Below, piece after piece: positions 19,865 to 33,265 of a DNA stretch of 64,000 nucleotides. Origin of the DNA: Pseudomonadota bacterium (GTDB taxonomy: Bacteria; Pseudomonadota; Gammaproteobacteria; Burkholderiales; Burkholderiaceae_C); contig CAUJHQ010000068.1 in the NCBI GenBank assembly GCA_963204815.1, positions 21,771 through 85,770 of the forward strand, written 5' to 3'. Numbering within the stretch: the first letter of the stretch is position 1; every line of letters begins with the position of its first letter. The translations under genes and the position numbers were made by a program. Under the pieces are notes generated by a model. It was given only the letters and a program-made list of their open reading frames with translations, did not search any database and was not told the DNA's origin.

Positions 19865-20749
19865 TCAGACCGCGTCGAGCTGCGGCTGCAGTTCGTGCTG
19901 CCAGTGATCGATGTCGTCGGCGCCGATGCCCAGCCAGACCATCGCCGCGCTCGCGTGCTGCACCCATTCGCCCTCCGGCGGCAGGGCTTCGTGGCGGCGC
20001 ATCAGGTGTTCGGCGACGAGGCCGGCGGCGACCAGCGTGTGCACCTCGGCCTCGATGCCCGAGCCGCCGATCGAGTGCGGCTCGTGGTGCAGCCGGATCG
20101 CCGCCACCACCGCCGGCGCCAGGCGCCAGACACGGGCGACGAGCGCCCCCACCACCGCGTGGTCGGTCTTGTGGTTCGCGTTCTCGGTGGCGACGTAGGG
20201 GCGGTCGATGCGCGCGTCGGCCTCGACCATCGTGCCGCCGTAGCCCTTCATGCTCTGCAGCAGCACCGGGATGCCGACGTGGCAGAAGAGCCCGAAGGTG
20301 TGCGCGAGGTCGCTCGACAGGCCGGGCAACTGGTGCGCGATGTAGCCCATCGCGACCGCGCGCTGCTGCGAGCGTTCCCAGAAGCGCTGCAGCTGGCGGT
20401 GGTTCGCCGGAATCGTGTTGCGGGCGATGAAGCCGACCATGATCTCGGCCGTCTCCTGCAGGCCCAGGCGGTACATCGCCTGGCCGATGGTCTGCACCGG
20501 CTGGTCGGCGGCGAAGCGCGGGCTGTTCGCGTTCCTCAGCAGCGTGGCCGACATCGCGACGTCGCTGGCGGCGATCGCGGCCACCTCCTGCAGCACCGGC
20601 TCGGCCGGCGCCAGCGCAGCGTGCAGCCGCGTCAGCAGCGCGGGGCAGGGCGGAATCACGATCTGCTGCAGCGGCCCGCGCGTGCGGGCGTGATCGATCT
20701 CACGTTCGATGTCCGCGGTACGGCGGGGGGCAAGGGCGGCAGCGGTCAT
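19865..20749 (-). CDS. HDOD domain protein
   Basis: IPPCP, LLRNANSPRF, FWERS, GLFCHVG, DHAVVG...W.L....AIRLHH. Confidence 0.88.
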   Translation of the reverse strand: MTAAALAPRRTADIEREIDHARTRGPLQQIVIPPCPALLTRLHAALAPAEPVLQEVAAIAASDVAMSATLLRNANSPRFAADQPVQTIGQAMYRLGLQETAEIMVGFIARNTIPANHRQLQRFWERSQQRAVAMGYIAHQLPGLSSDLAHTFGLFCHVGIPVLLQSMKGYGGTMVEADARIDRPYVATENANHKTDHAVVGALVARVWRLAPAVVAAIRLHHEPHSIGGSGIEAEVHTLVAAGLVAEHLMRRHEALPPEGEWVQHASAAMVWLGIGADDIDHWQHELQPQLDAV

Positions 20750-20780
20750 CGAGCGAGGTCCGGGGCGGGCGACTCGTGTC

Positions 20781-20807
20781 TTATCGGCGGCCAGCGCGCG
20801 GAGTTGA
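20781..20807 (-). promoter_or_regulatory. Sigma28 (FliA) promoter of HDOD gene
   Basis: TCAA-N15-GCCGATAA. Confidence 0.7.
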
Positions 20808-20945
20808 ACGCTGACACCCCCCTTGTCGGAAGGATTCCGACACGTGGCGCAGTGCACGGCCGACAGCGCGCGTGGTGCCGCGCCACGCGCGGCGGCGCCG
20901 GGCGTCGCCTATGTTGAAGTCATGTTCCCCCGGCCACTGACGACC

Positions 20946-21161
20946 ATGACCCCGTACCCTGCGATGGCGGCCATCGGCCGCTTCGAATTGCGCTTCGAGT
21001 CGCTCTTCAACCCCGGCCGCGCGCTCGCCTTCCCCTGCGACGAACGCGGCCAGGTCGAGCTCGACACGCTGTCCGAGCGCGCGCGCCACAACTACCTGTA
21101 CGCCCGCGCCGTCGTCGGCCGCGAGTACGCGACGCCGGCGGTCGTGCGCGACCACGGCTGA
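20946..21161 (+). CDS. Small hypothetical protein
   Basis: [49 protein letters not shown] has globular composition and host codon usage; start uncertain (20922 possible). Confidence 0.75.
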   Translation: MTPYPAMAAIGRFELRFESLFNPGRALAFPCDERGQVELDTLSERARHNYLYARAVVGREYATPAVVRDHG

Positions 21162-21193
21162 GCCGGGCCCGCGCGGCAGGCCACAATCGCGGC

Positions 21194-22079
<886 letters not shown>

Positions 22080-22087
<8 letters not shown>

Positions 22088-22505
22088 TGCCCAGCAGCTC
22101 CACCTCGAACAGCAGCGTCGCGTTCGGCGGGATCACGCCGCCGGCGCCGCGTTCGCCGTAGGCGACCGCCGCCGGGCAGGCGAGCTTGGCCTTGCCGCCG
22201 ACCTTCATCTTCTGCACGCCTTCGGTCCAGCACTTGATGACGCGGTTCAGCGGGAACTCCGCCGGCTGACCGCGCGAGTAGGAACTGTCGAACTCCTTGC
22301 CGTCCGGGAAGGTGCCCTTGTAGTGGACGCGCACGGTGTCGGTGGCGGCCGGGCTGGCGCCGCTGCCGTCCTTCAGCGAGCGGTACACGAGGCCGCTCGC
22401 GGTGGTGACGGCGCCGCTTTCGGCGGCCGCCTTCGCGATCACGGGGTCGGCGTTCTGCGCCAGGGCGGCGAGCGGGAAGGCGAGGGCGATGAGGGCGGCG
22501 CGCAT
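22080..22505 (-). CDS. FKBP-type peptidyl-prolyl isomerase, exported
   Basis: Signal peptide, [28 protein letters not shown]; AGGAG RBS. Confidence 0.95.
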
Positions 22506-22525
22506 GGGGCTCCTGTCGGTCGTGG

Positions 22526-22999
22526 TCATTGGGGTCTGGCGGTGTCGAAGCGCTGCGCGAACCAGCGTTCGAGCATGCGCTTTTCGCGCGGCAGCACGCT
22601 GCTGTCGCTGCGCAGCGCGGCGTGGCGGTCGTCGGCGACGCCGGCGAGCGACTCGACGCCCTGGCGCAGCACGCGGCCGTCGGCCTCGAGCGCCCAGGCG
22701 AAGTCGATGCGCGGCCAGTCGAAGCCGTCGCGCAGCACCCGCACGTCGCCGCGCGGGGTGATCTTCGGCGTGCCGGCGAGGTCGAGGTCGGTCACGTCGA
22801 CGCGCAGCGTCTGGCCTTGCGGCAGCGTGGCGCCCAGCGTGCGGAACACGTCGCCGATGGCCGCGGTGGCGCGCTCGCGGTCGGCGCCGGCGCGGCCGGC
22901 ATCGCGGAACTTCTCGGGCGCGCTGAAGCGCACCTCGACATCGGCCGCCGCCGCCGGCCACGCGGCGGCGAGGGCCAGGACCAGCGCAGCGATCTTCAT
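22526..22999 (-). CDS. DUF3016-family exported protein
   Basis: Signal peptide, PEKFRD, VTDLDLAG, DWPRI, REKRMLERWF. Confidence 0.8.
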   Translation of the reverse strand: MKIAALVLALAAAWPAAAADVEVRFSAPEKFRDAGRAGADRERATAAIGDVFRTLGATLPQGQTLRVDVTDLDLAGTPKITPRGDVRVLRDGFDWPRIDFAWALEADGRVLRQGVESLAGVADDRHAALRSDSSVLPREKRMLERWFAQRFDTARPQ

Positions 23000-23025
23000 C
23001 ACGGTCTCCTCGGGCGGACGGTGCG

Positions 23026-24810
<1,785 letters not shown>

Positions 24811-24881
24811 GCGCGCAAGGGTGCGGAGGGAGCGTCGATTCTATCGGCGGGCCCCTCGTGCACCGGCACAATGCGCCCGCC

Positions 24882-26226
<1,345 letters not shown>

Positions 26227-26240
<14 letters not shown>

Positions 26241-27432
26241 ACAGCAGCGCGGCGTTCGTGCCGCCGAACGCGAAGGAACTGGAGATCGCCGCCTGCAACT
26301 GCGGCGCCTCGGCGGCGGCGCCGAGCACGAGGTTCAGCTTGCAGGCCGGGTCGGGCTCGCGGCAGTGCGCGTTCGGCGGCAGCTGGCGCCGGTGCAGCGC
26401 CAGGATGGTGATCACCGCCTCCAGCGCCCCAGCGGCGCCGAGCAGGTGGCCGTGCAGCGCCTTCGTCGAGCTCACGCGCAGCTGCGGCAGGGCGTCGCCG
26501 AAGGCCAGCGCCAGCGCCTCGCTCTCGACGACGTCGCCGATCTTCGTGGCGGTGCCGTGGGCGTTGCAGTAACCCACGTCGGCGGCCGACAGGCCGGCCT
26601 GCTTCAGCGCCTGGCGCAGCGCACGTGCCTGGCCGGCGGCGTCGGGCTTGGTGAGGTGGGTGGCGTCGCAGCTGATGCCCCAGCCGGCGATCTCGGCGTA
26701 GGCACGGGCGCCGCGGGCGGCGGCGCGCGCCGCCGATTCGATGACGACGAAGGCCGCGCCCTCGCCGAGCACGAAGCCGCCGCGGTCGGTGGCGAAGGGC
26801 CTGCACGCGCCGGCGTGCTCGCCGGGCGCGAAGGGCGCCAGCGTCTGCATCGCCTGCCACGCCAGCACGACGCCGGGCACGATCAGCGCTTCGCTGCCGC
26901 CGGCGATGGCGACGTCGACCTCGCCGCGCTGCACCGCCTTCGCGGCCTCGGCGATCGCGACCGCCGACGACGCGCAGGCCACCGAGTAGGTGATGACCGG
27001 GCCCTTCACGCCCTGGCGCATGGCGACGTGGCCGGCGGCGGCGTTCGGCATGAAGGCGGGAATGGTGAGCGGCGGCACGCGGCCGTTCGAACGGTAAGCG
27101 GCCTCCAGCGCCGCCGCGCCACCCATGCCGCAGCCGGCGTAGACGCCGATGCGCTCGGCGTCGGCGCCACCGTGGCCACCGGCGTCGTGCAGCGCCATGT
27201 CGGCGGCGGCGACGGCGAGCTGGCTGACGCGGTCGACGCCGGCCAGCTGGAGCTTGGTGAACCAGCGCGATTCGTCGAAGGCCACCGTGGCGGCGGCGGC
27301 GGGCTTGGCAAGCTCGCCCTCGTGCACAGGGCGCACGGCGGATTCGCCGCGCAGCAGCGCCGCGAACATCGTGTCGGGATCCAGGCCGTGCGGCGAGGCG
27401 ACGCCGAGGCCCGTGACCAGCGCCTTCGTCAC
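26227..27432 (-). CDS. Beta-ketoacyl-ACP synthase (FabF-like KS1)
   Basis: SVACASS, HGTAT, GHLLGAAG, SFAFGGTN (Cys-His-His intact). Confidence 0.93.
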
Positions 27433-27439
27433 GCGCGGG

Positions 27440-27679
27440 TCACGCGGTCTGCGAGGCGCGTACCGTGTCGACGACGTTGGCCAGCTCGGCCAGCGTGTCG
27501 ATGTTGGAGTACTGGTCGGGCACGGAGATGCCGAAGCGGTCCTCGACCTCGAACAGGAACTCGACGAGAGCCAGCGAGTCGATGCCCGCCGTGCGCATCG
27601 ACGCGTTCGGGTCCAGGGTGGCCGGATCGATGCCGTACTTCTCCTGGATCAGGTCTTGCAATTCCTTCAGCGAGCTCAT
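27440..27679 (-). CDS. Acyl carrier protein (ACP1)
   Basis: 79 aa acidic, GIDSLALVE motif. Confidence 0.92.
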   Translation of the reverse strand: MSSLKELQDLIQEKYGIDPATLDPNASMRTAGIDSLALVEFLFEVEDRFGISVPDQYSNIDTLAELANVVDTVRASQTA

Positions 27680-27784
27680 TTCGGCGGACTCCGAATCGGT
27701 GTCGGCGAGACCCGACCCCTCCCGTATCTTCGGGCGCGTTACCCCTTGCCCGTGAGGGCCGATGATAGCCGCTCCGGTGTCGGG

Positions 27785-28510
27785 TCAAGCACGGGCGCGG
27801 CGCCGCAGCGACACCCAGGCGAACAGCCCGCCGAGCAGGCAGCCGCCGACGACGTCGAGCACGACGTGCTGGCGCACCGCCACCGTCGAGTACGCGATGG
27901 CGACGAACCAGGCCACGTTGACCCAGCGCAGCGCGGCCGGCGTGCGCAGCTCGACGAGGATGCGGTCGACCCAGGCGGCCGCGAAGAGCGCCGTCGCCAC
28001 GTGCAGCGACGGGCAGGCGTTGCCGGCGGCGTCCAGCCCCTGCAGCATCGCGAACGACGGGTGGCGGGCGAGGTCGATCGCCGTCGGCGGCACCGCCGTC
28101 GGCCAGAAGTAGAAGATCGCCAGCCCGCTGGCGCACAGCACGGCCGCCCAGGCGCCGTAGAGCAGCGCCTGGCGCAGGCCGGCCGCCAGCCCGGCCGGGA
28201 TGCCGACGTAGAACCACAGCGACAGGTACACCGCCAGCATCTGCGGCTGGAACGGGATCGCCCGGTCCAGCGCCGTCAGCGGCATCGTCGTCACCGGGTA
28301 GGCGGGGTGGCGCAGCAGGTGGAAGTAGCCGCTGAAGAACACCCACATGAAGAGGCAGACCCCGGCGAACTTGAGGATCTGGTGCTCGCGAAAACGGCGG
28401 CCGATGGCTGCGACCCACGGCACGGCGGAGCCCTGCCCGGGGACAGCGGCAGCGGTGGAAGCGTCGTGCAAGGCGGTACTGCGGCTGGAGTGGAGAGCAA
28501 AGCCTAACAT
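27785..28510 (-). CDS. PAP2/inositol-phosphorylceramide-synthase-like membrane enzyme
   Basis: Multi-TM, LDRAIPF, FYFWPT, NACPSLHVA, RQHVVLDVVGG; start uncertain (TTG 28471 possible). Confidence 0.82.
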   Translation of the reverse strand: MLGFALHSSRSTALHDASTAAAVPGQGSAVPWVAAIGRRFREHQILKFAGVCLFMWVFFSGYFHLLRHPAYPVTTMPLTALDRAIPFQPQMLAVYLSLWFYVGIPAGLAAGLRQALLYGAWAAVLCASGLAIFYFWPTAVPPTAIDLARHPSFAMLQGLDAAGNACPSLHVATALFAAAWVDRILVELRTPAALRWVNVAWFVAIAYSTVAVRQHVVLDVVGGCLLGGLFAWVSLRRRARA

Positions 28511-28618
28511 CGTCGACCGCGGGCGTCGGTGACATGCACCGTCGCGCGGGGGGACTTTGAGATAATCCCGGCTCACCGCCCCCGGCAAACCTCGCCACCG
28601 AGCGCCACCCGCTGCCGC

Positions 28619-29974
28619 ATGACCCAGGCGACGTCTCCCGCCCCCTCCGCCAGCCCCGAACCCTGCGACGTGCTCGTCGTCGGCGGCGGCCCGGCCGGCG
28701 CCACCATCGCCACCCTGCTGGCCCGCCAGGGCCGCGACGTGGTGCTGCTCGAGAAGGAGCACCACCCGCGCTTCCACATCGGCGAATCGCTGCTGCCGGC
28801 CAACCTGCCGCTGCTCGAGGCGCTCGGTGTGCGCGCCGAGGTCGAAGCGATCGGCATGCCCAAGTGGGGCATCGAGTTCGTCTCGCCTCAGCACGCGCAC
28901 CACAGCTTCTTCGAGTTCGCCGACGCCTGGGACAAGAGCATGCCCTTCGCCTGGCAGGTGCGGCGCGACGCCTTCGACGAGATCCTGTTCCGCAACGCCG
29001 CGCGCCACGGTGCGCGCACGCTCGAAGGCTGCCGCGTGCGCCGGGTGGCGTTCGACGCCGACGGCGCCGACGTCGAGGCGACGCTGGACGACGGCGCCAC
29101 GCGGCGCTGGCGCGCCCGCTTCGTCGTCGACGCCTCCGGCCGCGACACGCTGCTCGCCAACCAGTTCGACTGGAAGCACCGCAACGAGCGCCACAACAGT
29201 GCCGCGCTCTACGGCCACTTCAGCGGCGCGAAGCGGCTCGAAGGCAAGCTCGAAGGCAACATCAGCATCTTCTGGTTCCGCCACGGCTGGTTCTGGTTCA
29301 TCCCGCTGGCCGACGGCAGCACGAGCATCGGCGCGGTCTGCTGGCCGCACTACCTGAAGACGCGCGTCAAGCCGCTGAAGGACTTCTTCGCCGACACGAT
29401 CGCGCTCGCGCCGGAACTCGCGGCGCGCCTGGAAGGCGCCACGCTGATCGGCGACCGCGTCTGGGCCACCGGCAACTACGCCTACGGCAGCCGGCGCGCC
29501 ACCGGCGAACGTTTCCTGCTCGCCGGCGACGCCTACGCCTTCATCGACCCGGTGTTCTCGTCCGGCGTCTACCTGGCCATGCGCAACGCCTTCGCCGGCG
29601 CCGAGGCCGTCGCCGCCGTGCTCGACCGGCCGGCCGACGCCGCCGCCGCGCGCCGCCGCTACGAGCGCCACGTGCAGCACGGCCCGCGCGCCTTCTCGTG
29701 GTTCATCTACCGCATGACCAGCCCGACGATGCGCCACCTGTTCATGCACCCGGCCAACCCGCTGCGCACGAAGGAGGCCGTGCTCTCGCTGCTGGCCGGC
29801 GACATCTACGGCAACGTGCCGATCGGGCCTTCGCTCGGCGCCTTCAAGGGCGTCTACTGGTGGCTGTCGCTGCTGGCGCTGCCGCGCACCTTCGCGGCCT
29901 GGCGCGCCCGGCGCGCCAACATCCGCGATGTCGGCGCGCTCGAGGGCGAGAACGTCATGTCCGCCCACCGGTGA
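28619..29974 (+). CDS. FAD-dependent halogenase-family oxidoreductase (Hal1)
   Basis: GGGPAG, RFHIGESLLP, MPKWG, GWFWFIP (WxWxIP), GDAYAFIDPVFSSG. Confidence 0.85.
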   Translation: MTQATSPAPSASPEPCDVLVVGGGPAGATIATLLARQGRDVVLLEKEHHPRFHIGESLLPANLPLLEALGVRAEVEAIGMPKWGIEFVSPQHAHHSFFEFADAWDKSMPFAWQVRRDAFDEILFRNAARHGARTLEGCRVRRVAFDADGADVEATLDDGATRRWRARFVVDASGRDTLLANQFDWKHRNERHNSAALYGHFSGAKRLEGKLEGNISIFWFRHGWFWFIPLADGSTSIGAVCWPHYLKTRVKPLKDFFADTIALAPELAARLEGATLIGDRVWATGNYAYGSRRATGERFLLAGDAYAFIDPVFSSGVYLAMRNAFAGAEAVAAVLDRPADAAAARRRYERHVQHGPRAFSWFIYRMTSPTMRHLFMHPANPLRTKEAVLSLLAGDIYGNVPIGPSLGAFKGVYWWLSLLALPRTFAAWRARRANIRDVGALEGENVMSAHR

Positions 29975-30930
29975 GCGCCGTCCTGCCCACCGCCGACCGC
30001 CCGACCCCGTTGCACGCCCACCGCCGCGCCGCGGCGGACGGCGCGCTGCTGGGCGCGCTCGACTACGCCGCCCTCGGTCTGACGCACCTGGCCGGCCCGC
30101 GCGTCGACGCCTGGGACGCCGGCCCGGCGCGCCGCCGGCCCGGCGCGCTGCAACTGGCCGACGCCGGCGGCTGGGCCTTCGGCGCCATCGACCTGCCGGA
30201 GGACGGCCGCGGCCTCACCGCGCTGGCGCGCCAGGCCTATGGCGAGGTCTTCGCGGCGCTGCACGCGCTGGGCCGGCCACCGCTGCTGCGGCTGTGGAAC
30301 TACCTGCCGCGCATCAACGACGAGAGCTCCGGGTTGGAGCGTTACCGCCAGTTCAACGTCGGTCGCCAGGAGGCCTTCGTCGCTGCCGGCGAGGATGCGT
30401 TCGCCGGGTCGCCCGCGGCCTGCGCTCTGGGCAAGGCCGAGGGATCGCTGTCGATCCGCTTCCTCGCCGGGCCGACCCGCGTGCTGCCGCTGGAGAACCC
30501 GCGCCAGGTGCCGGCCTGGCGCTACTCGCAGCGCTACGGGCCGAAGGCGCCGACGTTCTCGCGCGCCGTGCTGGCCGACGTCGGCGGCGGCCGCGTCGCG
30601 CTGCTCGTGTCGGGCACCGCCAGCATCGTCGGCGAGGACTCCGTGCACCCCGGCGACGTGCGCGCGCAGACCGACGAGACGCTCGCCAACCTGCGCGCGC
30701 TGCTCGCCACCGCGCACGCGCGCAGCGACGCCCGCTTCGCGCTCGACGCGCTGGCGCTGACCGTCTACCTGCGCCACCCGCAGGACCGCGCCGCGGTGCA
30801 GGAGCGGCTGGCGCTGGCGGCGCCGCAGGCGGGCGCGAACGCCATCTGGCTGCAGGCGGACGTCTGCCGCAGCGAACTGCTGGTCGAGATCGAGGCGCAT
30901 GCCATTGCGCCCGGAAGGTTGCCGACATGA
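29971..30930 (+). CDS. XanB2/FkbO/Hyg5-family chorismatase (hydroxybenzoate synthase)
   Basis: RLWNYLPRIN, RYRQFN, PAACALG, ENPRQ, SGTASIVG, DVCRSELLVEIEA; GTGA overlap with Hal1. Confidence 0.88.
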   Translation: MSAVLPTADRPTPLHAHRRAAADGALLGALDYAALGLTHLAGPRVDAWDAGPARRRPGALQLADAGGWAFGAIDLPEDGRGLTALARQAYGEVFAALHALGRPPLLRLWNYLPRINDESSGLERYRQFNVGRQEAFVAAGEDAFAGSPAACALGKAEGSLSIRFLAGPTRVLPLENPRQVPAWRYSQRYGPKAPTFSRAVLADVGGGRVALLVSGTASIVGEDSVHPGDVRAQTDETLANLRALLATAHARSDARFALDALALTVYLRHPQDRAAVQERLALAAPQAGANAIWLQADVCRSELLVEIEAHAIAPGRLPT

Positions 30931-31730
30931 AGCGTGCGTGGATCCTCGGCGCGCTCGCGCTGCCGGCGCTGGCCCCGGCGGCCGAGAAGCCGCTGTGGGA
31001 ACTGGGCGCCGGCGTCGGCGGCCTGCACCTGCCGTACTACCGCGGCTCGAACAAGGCCAACGCGTGGCTGCTGCCGGTGCCGTTCTACGTCTACCGCGGC
31101 AAGATCTTCCGCGCCGACCGCGACGGCGCGCGCGCGATGCTGTTCGAGAGCGAGCGCGTCGACTTCGACATCAGCCTGGCGGCCACCGCGCCGTCGAAGG
31201 CGAAGGACGACCCGGCGCGCGAGGGCATGCCCGATCTCGCGCCGACGATCGAGATCGGCCCCAAGCTCAACATCAACCTGCTGCACAGCGGGCCGTGGAA
31301 GGTCGACTTCCGCATGCCGTTGCGCGGCGGTGTCACGGTCGAGAAGTCGTCGCGAAGCATCGGCTGGACGCTGACCCCGGTGCTCAACCTCGACTGGAAG
31401 GCACCCTGGATCGACGTCGGCATGCAGGCCGGCCCGTTGTGGGGCAACCGCCTGCAGCACAAGTACTTCTACGACGTGCCCTCCGAGTACGCCACCGCCA
31501 CCCGGCCGGCCTACAGCGCGCCCGGCGGCTACGCCGGCTGGCAGGCGACGCTGGCGCTGTCGCGCCGCTACGGCGACTTCTGGGTCGGCGCCTACGCGCG
31601 CCGCGACAGCGTGGCCGGCGCGGCGTTCGTGGCCAGCCCGCTCGTCACCGCGCGCCAGCACTGGTCCTACGGGTTCGCCACCGCATGGGTGTTCGCGGCA
31701 TCGACGACGAACGTCACGGTCGAGGACTGA
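30927..31730 (+). CDS. MipA/OmpV-family outer membrane protein
   Basis: Signal peptide, PLWELGAG, PYYRGS, REGMPDL, YFYDV. Confidence 0.8.
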   Translation: MKRAWILGALALPALAPAAEKPLWELGAGVGGLHLPYYRGSNKANAWLLPVPFYVYRGKIFRADRDGARAMLFESERVDFDISLAATAPSKAKDDPAREGMPDLAPTIEIGPKLNINLLHSGPWKVDFRMPLRGGVTVEKSSRSIGWTLTPVLNLDWKAPWIDVGMQAGPLWGNRLQHKYFYDVPSEYATATRPAYSAPGGYAGWQATLALSRRYGDFWVGAYARRDSVAGAAFVASPLVTARQHWSYGFATAWVFAASTTNVTVED

Positions 31731-32479
31731 TGGCGCGCGTGTTCCAGCCCTTCGCCTGGCTCGCCCTGCAGGCGATGCTGGCGGTGCTGGGCCTCAGCTC
31801 GCTGGCGTGGAACGGTGTCGCCTTCGCGCTCTACCCGCTGCTGCCGGCGGCGGTGGGGCGGCGCATCGGCCGCGCCGCCATCGCGCACGGCTACGGCCTG
31901 TACTGGCGCTTCGCTGCGCTCACCGGCATGCTCTACCTGCATGCCGACGAACTCGACCGACTGCGCGACGAGCCCGGCCTCATCGTCGTCGCCAACCACC
32001 CGAGCATGCTCGACGCCGTGATGCTCGTCGCCCGCCTGCCGCGCGCGGCCTGCGTGATGAAGGCCAGCCTGATGCGCAACCCGTTCCTCGCCGCCGGCGC
32101 GCGGCTGGCGCGCTACATCCGCAACGACACGCCCAAGGGCCTGGTGCGGCGCGCGGTCGACGACCTGAAGCAAGGCGGCCAGCTGGTGCTGTTCCCGGAG
32201 GGCACGCGCACCACGCAGTGGCCGCTGAACCCGTTCCGGCCCGGCTTCACGCTGATCGCGAAGATGGCCGGCGTGCCGATCCAGACGGTCTTCATCGACA
32301 CCGACTCGCCCTACCTCGGCAAGGGCTGGCCGCTGTGGCAGCTGCCGCCGCTGCCGATCGTGTTCTCGGTGCGGCTGGGCCGGCGCTTCGAGCCGAGCGA
32401 CGACCCGGCGGCGCAGCTCGCCGAGATCGAGGCCTACTTCGCCGCCGGCGTGCGGCCTGCCAGCCCCAAGGTCCCCTGA
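31730..32479 (+). CDS. Lysophospholipid acyltransferase (PlsC/ApeD-like)
   Basis: ANHPSMLD (HX4D), FPEGTRT. Confidence 0.9.
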   Translation: MARVFQPFAWLALQAMLAVLGLSSLAWNGVAFALYPLLPAAVGRRIGRAAIAHGYGLYWRFAALTGMLYLHADELDRLRDEPGLIVVANHPSMLDAVMLVARLPRAACVMKASLMRNPFLAAGARLARYIRNDTPKGLVRRAVDDLKQGGQLVLFPEGTRTTQWPLNPFRPGFTLIAKMAGVPIQTVFIDTDSPYLGKGWPLWQLPPLPIVFSVRLGRRFEPSDDPAAQLAEIEAYFAAGVRPASPKVP

Positions 32480-33252
32480 TGGAAGCCTCGCGCAGCCACC
32501 TCGTCCTGATCCCCAGCTACAACACCGGCGCCACCGTCTACGAGACCGTGGCCCAGGCGCGCGCGCGCTGGAACCCGGTGTGGGTGGTCGTCGACGGCAG
32601 CACCGACGGCACCGCCGAGCGCCTGCAGGCGATGGCCGCCGCCGACCCCGGCCTGCGGGTGGAGGTGCTGCCGGCGAACCAGGGCAAGGGCTCGGCCGTG
32701 CTGCACGGCCTGGCCGCCGCGCGGGCCGCCGGCTTCACGCACGCGCTGACGATGGACGCCGACGGCCAGCACCCGGCCGACCTGATCCCCGCGTTCATGC
32801 AGGCGTCGATCGCGCGGCCCGAGACCATGGTGCTCGGCCGCCCGGTGTTCGACGCCAGCGCGCCGCTGCTGCGCGTGCGTGGGCGCAAGGTGTCGAACTG
32901 GTGGGCCAACCTGGAGACGCTGGGCGCCGGCATCGGCGACTCGCTCTACGGCTTTCGCGTCTACCCGATCGCCCACCTCGAGGCGGTGATGCGCGGCCAG
33001 CGCTGGATGCGGCGCTTCGACTTCGACCCCGAGGCGGTGGTGCGGCTGGCGTGGCGCGGCGTCAAGCCGCTGAACCTGGACGCGCCGGTGAAGTACCTGA
33101 GCGCCGAGGAGGGCGGCGTCTCGCACTTCCGCTACGGCCGCGACAACGTGCTGCTCACCTGGATGCACACGCGGCTGATGGTGGAGTTCGTGCTCCGCCT
33201 GCCGCTGCTGGCCTGGCGCCGGTGGCGCGGCGCGCCGCCGTTCCAGGCGTAG
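32479..33252 (+). CDS. Glycosyltransferase family 2
   Basis: LIPSYN, VDGSTDGT, NQGKG, MDADGQH, GFRVYP. Confidence 0.92.
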   Translation: MEASRSHLVLIPSYNTGATVYETVAQARARWNPVWVVVDGSTDGTAERLQAMAAADPGLRVEVLPANQGKGSAVLHGLAAARAAGFTHALTMDADGQHPADLIPAFMQASIARPETMVLGRPVFDASAPLLRVRGRKVSNWWANLETLGAGIGDSLYGFRVYPIAHLEAVMRGQRWMRRFDFDPEAVVRLAWRGVKPLNLDAPVKYLSAEEGGVSHFRYGRDNVLLTWMHTRLMVEFVLRLPLLAWRRWRGAPPFQA

Positions 33253-33265
33253 CCGTCGGGCCGCG

